From assembly GCA_964399495.1 (NCBI GenBank), contig CAYNQX010000002.1, positions 92,051 to 156,050 on the forward strand: a DNA stretch of 64,000 bases, read 5' to 3'. Position 1 is the first letter of the stretch, and each line of letters begins with the position of its first letter. This DNA is from an uncultured bacterium (GTDB lineage Bacteria; Krumholzibacteriota; Krumholzibacteriia; JACNKJ01). Under the pieces are notes generated by a model. That model saw only the letters and a program-made list of their open reading frames with translations, ran no database searches and had not been told where the DNA came from. A program made the translations under genes and the position numbers. Below, one piece after another: positions 29,797-39,428 of this stretch.

Positions 29797-30641
29797 GCAG
29801 GAAGATGCGCGCCGCGGTGCTGCAGTTTCCCGGCGTCAACTGCGAATACGAGTCGGCCCGCGCCCTGGAGACAGCGGGCGCCGAGGCCGAGATCCTGCGC
29901 TGGAACGAGGCGCCCGAGCGTCTCGCCGGGTTCGACCTGTTCCTGTTGCCCGGCGGCTTCAGCTATCAGGACCGCATCCGGGCCGGCGCCGTGGCCGCCA
30001 AGGAGATGATTCTCGATGGCCTCCACGCCGAGGCGAGCCGGGGCAAGCCGGTGCTCGGCATCTGCAACGGCGCCCAGGTGCTGGTGGAGGCGGGGTTCGT
30101 GCCCGCCCGCGGCGGCGAAGCGGCCGTCGACCTGGCGCTGGCCCCCAACCGCATGCCGGGCCGCGAGGGCTACTTCACGGACTGGTGCCACCTCACCATC
30201 GAGAAGGCGGGACCCTGCTGGCTTTCCGATCTCGCGGGCCAGGTGCTGCCGGTGCCCTTCGCCCATGGCGAGGGCCGCTTCACCAGCCGGCGCGAGGGAC
30301 TCATGGACGATCTGGCCGCGGCGGGGCAGATCGTGCTGCGCTACGCCGGCCCCGGGGGCGAAGCCCCGGGCGGCTGGCCGCGGAACCCCAACGGCAGCGC
30401 CCTGGACGCCGCGGCGCTGTGCAACGAGGCGGGCAACGTGGTGGCGATGATGCCCCACCCCGAGCGCTGCGCCTGGCTCGGCCAGGTGCCGGAGATGATC
30501 GAGGGGCCATGGGGAGAGAAGCGCCGGGAGGCCGCGGGGAACTGGGAAGCGCTCCAGGCCGCCGGTCCCGGCATGGCGATCTTCGAGGCGATGGTAACGG
30601 CCGCCTCGAAGAGGGCCGAGGAGGCGAACCATGCGTCGTGA
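29793..30641 (+). CDS. purQ: phosphoribosylformylglycinamidine synthase glutaminase subunit PurQ
   Basis: Class-I glutamine amidotransferase; catalytic Cys in GICNGAQVL; 4-nt overlap with purL. Confidence 0.9.
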   Translation: MSRKMRAAVLQFPGVNCEYESARALETAGAEAEILRWNEAPERLAGFDLFLLPGGFSYQDRIRAGAVAAKEMILDGLHAEASRGKPVLGICNGAQVLVEAGFVPARGGEAAVDLALAPNRMPGREGYFTDWCHLTIEKAGPCWLSDLAGQVLPVPFAHGEGRFTSRREGLMDDLAAAGQIVLRYAGPGGEAPGGWPRNPNGSALDAAALCNEAGNVVAMMPHPERCAWLGQVPEMIEGPWGEKRREAAGNWEALQAAGPGMAIFEAMVTAASKRAEEANHAS

Positions 30642-31254
30642 TCTGGTGGTCGAGCTGAAGACGGTGGACCTCGTGCGGGAGACCGCCTGGATCGCCCTCA
30701 CCGAGCAGATGGGCTGGGAGGGCACGCTCTCCGGCCTGCGCCGCTACGATCTCTGGCGCTTCGAGGGCGAGGTCGCCGGCGGCGACGCGGACGCCTTCGA
30801 GGCGGGCCTCGCCTCGGAGCTGGAGCGCAGCTCCGCCTACTACAATCCGAACAAGGAGAACCGCCGCTTCCTGGCCGAGGGCCGGCTGGACGACGGCCAT
30901 GTGCTGGTGGTGAACGAGGCTGTGGATGCCCCGGGAGAGGACGTGCAGGGCGAGGCCTGGCGCGCGCTGCTCTGGGTCACCGACGAGGGCGGCGATCGCG
31001 CCGCCCAGCGCCGCCGCAGCGCCGCTCGCCTGGCCGAAGGCGGCGTGGAGCTGAGCGACCTCAGGAGCGGGACCCTCTGGGAGCTGATGCTCCGGGCGCC
31101 CGACATCGACACGGCCCGCGGCTACGTGGCCGGACTGGCCCTCTCCCGCGGACGTCACGAGGGGCTCCTGCTGAATCCCCACTACCAGGAGGGGCGCCTG
31201 CTGGAGATCCTCACCGAGACGGAGGCGAGCAGCCGAGAGGGAGGCGGGCAGTGA
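30631..31254 (+). CDS. purS: PurS-like protein, apparently two PurS domains fused in tandem
   Basis: 207 aa, versus ~80 aa for a canonical PurS. Both halves show the PurS-like V-V-x-LK / G-x-A-x-x-AL pattern. Sits between purQ and purF. Confidence 0.5.
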   Translation: MRRDLVVELKTVDLVRETAWIALTEQMGWEGTLSGLRRYDLWRFEGEVAGGDADAFEAGLASELERSSAYYNPNKENRRFLAEGRLDDGHVLVVNEAVDAPGEDVQGEAWRALLWVTDEGGDRAAQRRRSAARLAEGGVELSDLRSGTLWELMLRAPDIDTARGYVAGLALSRGRHEGLLLNPHYQEGRLLEILTETEASSREGGGQ

Positions 31255-32654
31255 TCGAGCACGAGGATCGTCCCCGTGAGGAGTGCGGCGTCATCGGCGT
31301 GTTCGGCAACGAACAGGCCGCCGAGCTCTGCTACCTGGGTCTCTACGCGCTCCAGCATCGCGGGCAGGAGTCCAGCGGCATCACCGCGAGCGACGGCACC
31401 TACATGCGCAGCCGCATCGGCATGGGCCTGGTGGGGGACGTCTTCAACGAGACCAACCTCGCCGAGCTGGGCGGGCACCTGGCGATCGGGCACAACCGCT
31501 ACTCGACCACGGGTCGGGTGAGCCTGGTGAACGCGCAGCCGATCGTGGTGGACTGCAAGGCGGGCCGCCTGGCCATCGCGCACAACGGCAACATCACGAA
31601 CGCCGTCGACCTGCGCGACGACATGGAGGAGCAGGGGCACATCTTCCAGTCCACCAGCGACAGCGAGCTGGTGCTGCACCGCATCGCCCGCTCCCAGCGG
31701 GAGGGCCTGCGCGCGATGATCGCCGAGGCCGTCGACGGCCTCGAGGGCGCCTACTCCCTGCTGATCGAGGCCAAGGATCGCCTGTTCGCCTACCGCGATC
31801 CCCACGGGTTCCGTCCGCTCTGCGTGGGCCGGCTCGGGGACACCTGGCTGGTGGCGAGCGAGAGCTGCGCCTTCGACATCGTGGGCGGGCAGTACCTGCG
31901 CGACGTCGTGCCGGGCGAGCTGATCATGGTCGACGAGCATGGGCTCCACAGCACCATGGTGCGCAGCGCGAGCGAGATGTCCCGCTGCATCTTCGAGTTC
32001 GTCTACTTCGCGCGGCCCGACAGCATCGTGTTCGAGGAGAACGTCGACAAGGTGCGGCGCAAGCTGGGCAAGCAGCTCGCGCGGGAGCACGCGGTGGAGG
32101 CCGACTTCGTCATCTCGGTGCCGGACTCCAGCAACAGCGCCGCGCTGGGCTACAGCCTCGAGAGCGGCATCCGCTTCGAGTTCGGGCTGATACGCAACCA
32201 CTACGTGGGCCGCACGTTCATCAGCCCGAAGCAGAGCGTCCGCGACTCGGGCGTGCTGATAAAGTACAACCCCGTGCGGGGCGTGCTGCGGGGCAAGCGG
32301 GTGATCGTGGTGGACGACTCCATCGTGCGCGGCTCCACCATGCGCAAGCTGGTGAGGCTGCTCCGGGACGCGGGGGTCAAGGAGGTGCACCTGCGCATCA
32401 GCTCCCCGCCGATCAGCCATCCCTGCTACTACGGCATCGACATGCCCACCAAGGAGGAGCTGATCCGCAACCGCTACGACGTCGAGGGAATCCGCGACTT
32501 CCTGGGCGTCGACACCCTGGCCTATCTCTCCCTGGAGGGCATGCTGTCCTGCGCCAAGAGCCCCGAGGGCTTCTGCACGGCCTGCTTCAGCGGGGACTAC
32601 CCGGTGTCGGTGGGGGACTGGGACGGGAAGAATCGCATGGACAGGGACCGATAG
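31251..32654 (+). CDS. purF: amidophosphoribosyltransferase
   Basis: Ntn-hydrolase N-terminus ...CGVIGVFG with the catalytic Cys; PRTase domain …VVDDSIVRGST. Confidence 0.95.
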   Translation: MIEHEDRPREECGVIGVFGNEQAAELCYLGLYALQHRGQESSGITASDGTYMRSRIGMGLVGDVFNETNLAELGGHLAIGHNRYSTTGRVSLVNAQPIVVDCKAGRLAIAHNGNITNAVDLRDDMEEQGHIFQSTSDSELVLHRIARSQREGLRAMIAEAVDGLEGAYSLLIEAKDRLFAYRDPHGFRPLCVGRLGDTWLVASESCAFDIVGGQYLRDVVPGELIMVDEHGLHSTMVRSASEMSRCIFEFVYFARPDSIVFEENVDKVRRKLGKQLAREHAVEADFVISVPDSSNSAALGYSLESGIRFEFGLIRNHYVGRTFISPKQSVRDSGVLIKYNPVRGVLRGKRVIVVDDSIVRGSTMRKLVRLLRDAGVKEVHLRISSPPISHPCYYGIDMPTKEELIRNRYDVEGIRDFLGVDTLAYLSLEGMLSCAKSPEGFCTACFSGDYPVSVGDWDGKNRMDRDR

Positions 32655-32783
32655 CGGGTGGACTTGCGGCGGCGGGAATCGCATGTTACAGTTCCGCCGC
32701 CCCGAACCGCCCCTCGATTCCGAGCGGCTCCCGGGCCGCCCCGATCGGGCTGAACGAATGATCAAGAGGAGATCCTGAGTACC

Positions 32784-33170
32784 ATGATGAGACGATGGCT
32801 ACTGCTCGCCTTGACCCTTCCGCTGCTGCTGGTCTCCACCGGCTGTCTCCGTTCGGTGGAGCTGAACTCCGACGACGCCCTCGAGGCGTCCGACCACCAC
32901 GGCAATATCCGTATCGAGGACAAGCGCGGCGTCATCTACATCGCCCAGTCCATCGACGAGACGGAAGAGGGCAACTATCTGCTCCAGATGGTCAAGGTGA
33001 TCGACGACGGCGTCCTCGACTACCAGCAGGAATACACGCTGGCGCGCGCCGATGTCGTCTCCATTCGCTTCTACGAGAACAATCGCTGGGTGGTGGGGTT
33101 CATGCTGACGGGGATGTCGCTCTTCATGGTGTGGCTCTACTACAAGATCAATACCAGCGTGTTCGACTGA
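32784..33170 (+). CDS. small lipoprotein with a C-terminal hydrophobic helix (hypothetical)
   Basis: Lipobox LLVSTGC; C-terminal VVGFMLTGMSLFMVWLYY; GC moderately lower than surroundings; TGATG overlap with the downstream gene. Confidence 0.5.
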   Translation: MMRRWLLLALTLPLLLVSTGCLRSVELNSDDALEASDHHGNIRIEDKRGVIYIAQSIDETEEGNYLLQMVKVIDDGVLDYQQEYTLARADVVSIRFYENNRWVVGFMLTGMSLFMVWLYYKINTSVFD

Positions 33171-34351
33171 TGCGCGCCCTCGTCCTCGGCGCCGGACTTC
33201 AGGGTAGCGCCGCGGCTCACGATCTGGCCACGCACGGTGGAGCGGAGTCCCTGCTCCTGGTCGACGCGAACCCCTCGGCCCTCGAACGCTGTGTCGCGCA
33301 GCTTCCATCGCTCCAGAACGAACACGTGACGACGCGCGTCGCCGACCTCACCGCCACGGCGGTCCTGGACGAGCTCATGGCCGGCCACGACGTCTGCTTC
33401 AGCGCTCTCCCCTACTTCATCAACCTGCCCGTCGCCGAGGCCTGCGCCCGCGCGGGGGTGCACTACGTGGACCTGGGGGGCAACACCGACATCGTCCGCC
33501 GCACCCTCAAGCTGGATCCGCTGGCCCGCGCCAGCGGCGCCAGCCTGGTGCCCGATTGCGGCCTCGCGCCCGGACTGGCAGCCACGGTGGTGATGGACGC
33601 CATCGACGGCCTCACCGAGGTCGAGGCCGTGCGCATCCGCGTGGGCGGGCTGCCCCAGGAGCCGCGTCCGCCGCTGGACTACAGCCTGTTCTTCTCGATC
33701 CACGGCCTCATCAACGAGTACCTGGGCGAGGCGATCATCCTGCGGGACGGAGAGATCGCCACGGTGCCCACGCTCGAGGACGTGGAGAGTCTCGAGTTCC
33801 CCGAGCCGGTGGGTCTCTGCGAGGCCTTCAGCACTCTGGGGGGCACCAGCACCATGCCCTGGACCCTGCAGGGCCGCGTCCGCAATCTCGACTACAAGAC
33901 CGTCCGCTATCCCGGCCACGTGGAGAAGATTCGCCTGCTGCGGGACCTCGGATTCTTCGGCGAAGAGGCTCTGAACCTGCCCGGCGAGCACGAGTCCACC
34001 ATTCCGCCCCGCGCGATCTCGTCGGAGCTGTTGCGCCGCGCGCTGGAGCCGGAGAACGGCGAGTCGGTGCCGGACCTCGTCGTGTTCCGCGTCGAGGCGG
34101 AGGGCGTGAGCGAGAGCGGTCCCGTGATGCGGCGCTACGAGATGATCGACCGCCTCGACCCGGACACCGGCCTGTCGGCCATGCGGCGCACCACGGCCTT
34201 TCCCGCCGCGGTGGTGCTGCAGCTCCTGGCCGCCGGCGAGGGCGCCGGCCCGGGGGCGCACTCCCTGGAGAACGCCGTCCCCTCGGGCCGCGTGCTCGAG
34301 GAACTGGCGCGCCGGGGGGTCGTGATCTCCCGCGAAGAATCGCCTCGGTGA
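33170..34351 (+). CDS. saccharopine dehydrogenase family NAD(P)-binding oxidoreductase
   Basis: N-terminal Rossmann MRALVLGAGLQGSAAA; saccharopine-DH-like C-terminal domain. Confidence 0.7.
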   Translation: MRALVLGAGLQGSAAAHDLATHGGAESLLLVDANPSALERCVAQLPSLQNEHVTTRVADLTATAVLDELMAGHDVCFSALPYFINLPVAEACARAGVHYVDLGGNTDIVRRTLKLDPLARASGASLVPDCGLAPGLAATVVMDAIDGLTEVEAVRIRVGGLPQEPRPPLDYSLFFSIHGLINEYLGEAIILRDGEIATVPTLEDVESLEFPEPVGLCEAFSTLGGTSTMPWTLQGRVRNLDYKTVRYPGHVEKIRLLRDLGFFGEEALNLPGEHESTIPPRAISSELLRRALEPENGESVPDLVVFRVEAEGVSESGPVMRRYEMIDRLDPDTGLSAMRRTTAFPAAVVLQLLAAGEGAGPGAHSLENAVPSGRVLEELARRGVVISREESPR

Positions 34352-34403
34352 AGTTCCGTCCCGCTTCGCTTCGCCTTCGGCTCAGAGGCGCTCGACCGGA
34401 ACT

Positions 34404-35000
34404 TCACCTCGTCCCACCACTCACCCAGATCGAATCTCGCTCCTCGAAGCGCCAGGGCCAGGTTGCGGCCTCTCCGGCGTAGTCCACGCCGATCCGCGGA
34501 CCCGTTACGACCTCGGCGTCGGCCAGGGGCTCGCCCTCCTCGAGTCGGAGTTCGGGGTGGGGCATCGCAAGGCCGTCATGGGATCGATCGAGGGCCAGGG
34601 CGGCGCAGAGCCTTCCCGGACCGCGGGCCCAGTCCCGTTCGGGGCGTCCTCCCCGCAGCTCGGCCATCGACTCGTGGCCCTCGAGGGGCTGGCCCGCGCG
34701 CAGGAGCACGGCGGCGGCCCGGCCTTCGGGCTCGCAGACCAGGTTGAGGCAGTGGTGCATGCCGTAGATCAGGTAGACGTAGCTGCGGCCGGGAGGGCCG
34801 AACATGACGCGATTGCGCGGGGTCGGGCCCATGCGGGCGTGACTGGCCGGGTCGTCCTCGCCGGCGTAGGCCTCGGTTTCCACGATGCGCAGGACCAGGC
34901 GGTGCCCGTCCAGGATCCGGACGAGATGGCGGCCCAGGAGATCCCTGGCCACGGCAATCACGGGGCGCTCGAAGAAGGCGGGAGCGAGCGCCCGGGTCAT
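34404..35000 (-). CDS. mpg: DNA-3-methyladenine glycosylase (Mpg/AAG family)
   Basis: 198 aa from Met at 35000; conserved IVETEAY and GPxxRxxxFGPPG…YVYLIYGMHHCLN blocks; 4-nt overlap with the upstream pcnB-like gene. Confidence 0.8.
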   Translation of the reverse strand: MTRALAPAFFERPVIAVARDLLGRHLVRILDGHRLVLRIVETEAYAGEDDPASHARMGPTPRNRVMFGPPGRSYVYLIYGMHHCLNLVCEPEGRAAAVLLRAGQPLEGHESMAELRGGRPERDWARGPGRLCAALALDRSHDGLAMPHPELRLEEGEPLADAEVVTGPRIGVDYAGEAATWPWRFEERDSIWVSGGTR

Positions 35001-36433
35001 GAGGTCTGGGGTCTCCGCCGCCGTCGTCGTCGACGCGAGCGGCGTCCGCGTCCACCGAACTCCAGGGGCGGCACCTCGAGGCCGCGGGCTTCCATGTCGA
35101 GGGCGAACAGGCGATGGGCCTCCTCGAAGTAGGGCTTGTTGCGGAAGAAACCCGGCACCGGCTGGCCTTCGCGGCAGAGACCCAGCCGCCGCTGGCTGAT
35201 GGCGATGAGGAACAGCCGCTCGTTGTCCCGCCGCGCGACGCCGAGGTGCGTCGTGATGGGCTTGAGATAGCGATAGGCGAGGCGGCCGCTGTCCACGCGT
35301 CCGCCGGCCTCCTCGTTCAGATTGCCGAGCGCGCCGATCATCGGATAGGCGAGGAGCATGGCCAGCAGGAAGGCGTTGCTGAACACCTCGCCCTCGGCCA
35401 CGCGGCGATCGAGGATCTCCAGGCGCTTCCAGGCCAGGGGCAGCTCGTCGCCCTCGGCGAAGCGGGGCAGGATCTCGTCGGAGCTGGGCAGGAGCACGGG
35501 GAGCACGCCGCTCTCCTGCATCAGTCGCAGGCTCGGCAGCGCGGCCCCGCCGCGGAGGTCGCGGTAGAACTCCTCGAGGATGCGCGCCTTGCTGCACTCC
35601 TGCAGGCTCTCGCGGTGGCGGTCGATCGCCTCCCAGGTCTCCTCGTCGATCTCGAAGTCGATCCTGCCCGCGTGTCGGAGGGCCCGGATCATGCGGACGG
35701 GGTCGGAGGCGAAGCGCAGGTCGGGGTTGCCGATGGTGCGGATCCGGCGCGCTTCGAGGTCGTCGAGGCCGCCCACGTAGTCGATCACGCTGAAGTCGGC
35801 GATGTCGTAGAAGAGGCCGTTGATGGTCAGGTCGCGGCGCATGGCGTCCTCGGCCGGGCTGCCGTAGCGCTGATCGGCGAACTCCAGCAGGTGCCGGCCG
35901 CGGTCGTTGTAGCGGCGCTTGGATCGTCGGGGTGGAGCTGCCGGCTCCACCGGGGAGATATCCTCGACCTCGTCTTCGGTCTCGTCGTCGTCATCGTCAT
36001 CGTCATCATCGTTGGGCGCGGCGCCCACCAGCAGGTCCGCTTCCTCCTCGAGGCGGGCCTCTTCTTCGAGCGTGTCCTGATCGGTGGGGAGCTCGCCGCC
36101 GTTCTCGTCCTCCTCGTCGAGGGCCCGGAAGGTGGCGACCTCCATCACCTTGTGGCGGCCGAACATCACGTGGACGATGGGAAAGCGCCGCCCGATCACG
36201 CGGCTGTTGCGGAACAGATCGAGGATCTGCTCGGGCGTGGCGTCGGTGCCGATGTCGAAGTCCTTGGGCTCGCGGCCCAGGAGCAGGTCGCGGACGCCGC
36301 CGCCCACCATGTAGCCCAGGAAGCCGTTGCGGTGGAGACGGTAGAGCACCTTGAGGGCGTCCGGGTCGATATGCTGGCGCGAGATGTTGTGCTCGCTGCG
36401 GGGCAGGACCCGCGCATCCGGTGGGGCAGGCAT
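34997..36433 (-). CDS. pcnB: poly(A) polymerase / CCA-adding-enzyme-family nucleotidyltransferase (PcnB-like) with an acidic insertion and an Arg-rich tail
   Basis: Pol-beta-type head GGGVRDLLLGREPKDFDIGTDATPEQI…RIDFEID…; insertion NDDDDDDDDDETEDEVED; C-terminal GGRGRRSRRRRRRRRP. Confidence 0.75.
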   Translation of the reverse strand: MPAPPDARVLPRSEHNISRQHIDPDALKVLYRLHRNGFLGYMVGGGVRDLLLGREPKDFDIGTDATPEQILDLFRNSRVIGRRFPIVHVMFGRHKVMEVATFRALDEEDENGGELPTDQDTLEEEARLEEEADLLVGAAPNDDDDDDDDDETEDEVEDISPVEPAAPPRRSKRRYNDRGRHLLEFADQRYGSPAEDAMRRDLTINGLFYDIADFSVIDYVGGLDDLEARRIRTIGNPDLRFASDPVRMIRALRHAGRIDFEIDEETWEAIDRHRESLQECSKARILEEFYRDLRGGAALPSLRLMQESGVLPVLLPSSDEILPRFAEGDELPLAWKRLEILDRRVAEGEVFSNAFLLAMLLAYPMIGALGNLNEEAGGRVDSGRLAYRYLKPITTHLGVARRDNERLFLIAISQRRLGLCREGQPVPGFFRNKPYFEEAHRLFALDMEARGLEVPPLEFGGRGRRSRRRRRRRRPQTS

Positions 36434-36487
36434 TCATCCTCCGGTGTCGGACGGCTGGTGGGTACAGCTACGCCAAACGGCGAAGCC

Positions 36488-36506
36488 GACGGCGTGGGGC
36501 GCCGTC
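36488..36506 (-). terminator. short GC hairpin downstream of the deoxynucleoside kinase gene
   Basis: 7-bp stem GACGGCG / CGCCGTC with loop TGGGG, followed on the minus strand by a T-containing tract (CCGTTTGG). Confidence 0.35.
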
Positions 36507-36579
36507 CGTTTCTGATCCGGTGGGAGTGGGACGCGCATTGTAGCCGATCCGTGCCCCGCGGACCAGCAGGGAATGGGGA

Positions 36580-37275
36580 TCAGGGTTCGAGCAGGACGAA
36601 GCGGGAGTCGGGGACGATCGCCTCGACCTCGGCCGGCGCCTCGCTGAACAGCTCCCTCTGCGGGAAGGCGGCGCGGATCCGGGCGACGAGGATCTCGAGG
36701 TCGGCGTCGCCTTCGAGGAAGTCGAGCGCGTCGGCGTCCACGATCAGCACGCGCTCGCTGGGGCGGGAGTCGATCCACTCCTCGTAGTAGCGATTCAGGC
36801 GGGCCAGATAGTCCACGGGAATGCTGGACTCGTAGTCCCGGCCGCGCTGGCGGATGTTGGAGAGCAGGCCGTCGAGGTCGCGCCGCAGGTAGACGACCAG
36901 ATCCGGCGGACGCAGCAGGGCCAGCACCTGCTCGTAGAGCTTGAGATAGGTGGCCCATTCGCCGGCGCCCATCTTGTCCATCTCGTGCAGGTTCCGTGCG
37001 AAGATCAACGCGTCCTCGTGGATGGAGCGGTCCTGGATGGCGCTCTCGCGGCGCTCCTCGATGAGGCGGTGGTCTTCGAGACGATGGGTGAGGAAGTAGA
37101 GCTGGAGCGAGAAGGCCCAGCGCTCCATGTCGCCGTAGAAGTCGGCGAGGAAGGGGTTGTCGTCGACGCGCTCGAAGTAGCTGCGCCAGCCGAGGCGTCG
37201 GCTGAGGAGACGGCTGACCGTGGTCTTGCCCGCGCCGATGTTCCCGGCCAGGACCATGTGAAAGAAATCGGACAC
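36580..37275 (-). CDS. deoxynucleoside kinase (dAK/dGK family)
   Basis: P-loop AGNIGAGKTT; dNK-family motifs DRSIHEDALIFARN and ERVDDNPFL. Confidence 0.8.
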   Translation of the reverse strand: MSDFFHMVLAGNIGAGKTTVSRLLSRRLGWRSYFERVDDNPFLADFYGDMERWAFSLQLYFLTHRLEDHRLIEERRESAIQDRSIHEDALIFARNLHEMDKMGAGEWATYLKLYEQVLALLRPPDLVVYLRRDLDGLLSNIRQRGRDYESSIPVDYLARLNRYYEEWIDSRPSERVLIVDADALDFLEGDADLEILVARIRAAFPQRELFSEAPAEVEAIVPDSRFVLLEP

Positions 37276-37334
37276 GGAGCCTCCTCGCTGCTGCTCTGCC
37301 TTGGTTAACAGAGCGGGCTCTCCGGCGCAAGGGC

Positions 37335-37991
37335 TTGAGGGGGGAAGCTCTCTCTGGTATAAAGCTCCCTCGCGTTTCCGCCCAGCCAGGCAGCCGATCC
37401 GAGGTGACCGTGTTCGATCCCGAGATTCCCGAAAGCCAGCCAGGACCCTTCGACTGGGAAGCGATCTTCGGCCGCAGCGCTCCGGTGGAGCTGGAGCTCG
37501 GCATCGGCAAGGGACGCTTTCTGCTCGAGTCGGCGCGGGCCCATCCCGACACCGATTTCGTGGGCGTGGAGCTGTCGCGGAAGTGGTTCCGGGACGGCAA
37601 GCGCCGCATCATGAAGGATCCGCCGCGGAACCTGCGGCTCCTGAACACCGAGGCCATGGACTTCCTCTCGCGCAAGGTGCCGGGCGCCAGCCTCGTCGCC
37701 CTGCACGTCTACCACCCCGATCCCTGGCCCAAGAAGCGCCATCACAAGCGGCGGCTGCTCCAGCGGCCCTTCCTCGATCAGGCGGCGAGAGTGCTCCTGC
37801 CCGGCGGAGAACTGAGAATCACCACCGACCATCTGGAGTACAGCGAGGCGATCGCAGAGGTTCTCGAAGGCGCGGCGGGCTTCGAGCCGCTGACCTGGGA
37901 CGAGGAACTGCCGAACACCCACTTCGAGGCCAAGTATCTCAAGGAGGGGCGCGCGATCTACCGCTTCCGTCTCAGGCGGGAGGGCGCGTGA
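37335..37991 (+). CDS. trmB: tRNA (guanine46-N7)-methyltransferase
   Basis: EIGIGKGRFLLESA SAM-binding region and TrmB-family core; start uncertain (TTG 37335 or GTG ~37409). Confidence 0.8.
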   Translation: MRGEALSGIKLPRVSAQPGSRSEVTVFDPEIPESQPGPFDWEAIFGRSAPVELELGIGKGRFLLESARAHPDTDFVGVELSRKWFRDGKRRIMKDPPRNLRLLNTEAMDFLSRKVPGASLVALHVYHPDPWPKKRHHKRRLLQRPFLDQAARVLLPGGELRITTDHLEYSEAIAEVLEGAAGFEPLTWDEELPNTHFEAKYLKEGRAIYRFRLRREGA

Positions 37992-39028
37992 TGAGCCGTC
38001 GCCCCTGGCACGACCTCCCTCTGCCCCCGATCCGATCCGAGCTCGCCTACCCTGGGGATCCCGAGAGCTTCCACGTGGAGGAGATCCCCCTGTACGAGCC
38101 CTGTGGCGAGGGCGAACACCTCTACCTGAAAATCGAGAAGCGGGGCATCGACACGCCGGCGCTGGTGAACCTGCTGTCGCGGTCGCTGGGAGTTCCCACC
38201 GGAGCGATCGGCTGGGCCGGTCGCAAGGACCGCCACGCCACCTCGCGCCAGTGGATCTCCCTGCCCCGGCAGGGCGTGGAGCAGCGCATGGCCGAGTTCT
38301 CCGATCCGGCCGTCACCGTGCTTGAGAGCCGGCCCCATCGCAACAAGCTGAGGATGGGCCACCTGCGCGGCAACCGCTTCCGCCTTCTCCTCCGGGGCGA
38401 GGCGGACATCGAAGCGCTGCGCGGGATCCTGGAGGGCGTGCGCACCCGGGGGATGCCCAATTACTTCGGCCCCCAGCGCTTCGGCCGACAGGGAGACAAC
38501 CACCTGCGCGGCCGCGAACTCCTGGAGAGCGGCCGGCGCGGTCGCGGTCGTGAGGCGCGCTTCCTCCACAGCGCGTTCCAGAGCGCTCTGTTCAACAGGG
38601 TCTGCGCCGAGCGGGCCGGCATGGAATGGGAACTCCTGACCGGCGACCTGGCCTGGATCCACGCCAAGGGGGCCGTGTTCCGCGTGGAGGACCCGGAGGC
38701 CGAGCGCGCGCGCGGCGAAGCACTCGAGATCAGCCCCAGCGGCCCCATGCCGGGCAAGAAGATGATGGAACCCGCCGCCGAGGCGGGCGAGCTGGAGGCG
38801 CGTCTCATGGAGGAGGAGGGCTGGTCGGCCGGGTTCGCGGGGGAGCTGCGCGGCGGCAGGCGCCCACTGCGCGTGCCGGTCGAGGCTCTCACCCTGGAGC
38901 CCGCGCCCGGGGGCTGCAGCCTCGGTTGCGTTCTTCCCTCGGGCAGCTACGCCTCGGTGCTGCTCGCACTCCTGGGTGTCCGGGCCCCGGAGTCCTCCAC
39001 CCCCGACCTCGCCGACGCCAAGGAGTGA
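37991..39028 (+). CDS. truD: tRNA pseudouridine(13) synthase
   Basis: ATG 37991 overlaps the trmB stop; catalytic GRKDRHA and YFGPQRFG motifs. Confidence 0.85.
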   Translation: MSRRPWHDLPLPPIRSELAYPGDPESFHVEEIPLYEPCGEGEHLYLKIEKRGIDTPALVNLLSRSLGVPTGAIGWAGRKDRHATSRQWISLPRQGVEQRMAEFSDPAVTVLESRPHRNKLRMGHLRGNRFRLLLRGEADIEALRGILEGVRTRGMPNYFGPQRFGRQGDNHLRGRELLESGRRGRGREARFLHSAFQSALFNRVCAERAGMEWELLTGDLAWIHAKGAVFRVEDPEAERARGEALEISPSGPMPGKKMMEPAAEAGELEARLMEEEGWSAGFAGELRGGRRPLRVPVEALTLEPAPGGCSLGCVLPSGSYASVLLALLGVRAPESSTPDLADAKE

Positions 39029-39032
39029 GATC

Positions 39033-39428
39033 GTGCCCCATCTGAAGATCCGCACCCGCACCCGCGCGACCGAGCTCTTCGAGCGCCTGGCCCCCTTTAC
39101 CGAGCAGGACGCCCTCGGCACCCACAAGCTGCTGGACCGATTCATCGATCACGCCGGCGAGCAGGTCCTGCTGGAGCTCCTGGTGGCGGAGGGCGGCTCT
39201 CGCCCCCGGCACTTCTTCGCGGCGGTGAAGGAGCGCGACGGGATCCTGGTTCTCCGCTGTTTCCCGTTGACCGATCCCGAGAAGACGGACGGCGTGCGCC
39301 GCCTGCTGGCCAGGACGGCGGCGAGGATTCTCGACCTCTGCGAGGACGCCGAGATGGCGGGAGGCACCCTCGACGGCGAGATGGAATCCCTGGCCCTCGA
39401 GAGCGACTCGGGCGAGGCGCCCGCCTAG
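39033..39428 (+). CDS. hypothetical protein (~131 aa)
   Basis: ORF immediately after truD starting at GTG 39033; no recognisable domain; could be non-coding. Confidence 0.3.
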   Translation: MPHLKIRTRTRATELFERLAPFTEQDALGTHKLLDRFIDHAGEQVLLELLVAEGGSRPRHFFAAVKERDGILVLRCFPLTDPEKTDGVRRLLARTAARILDLCEDAEMAGGTLDGEMESLALESDSGEAPA

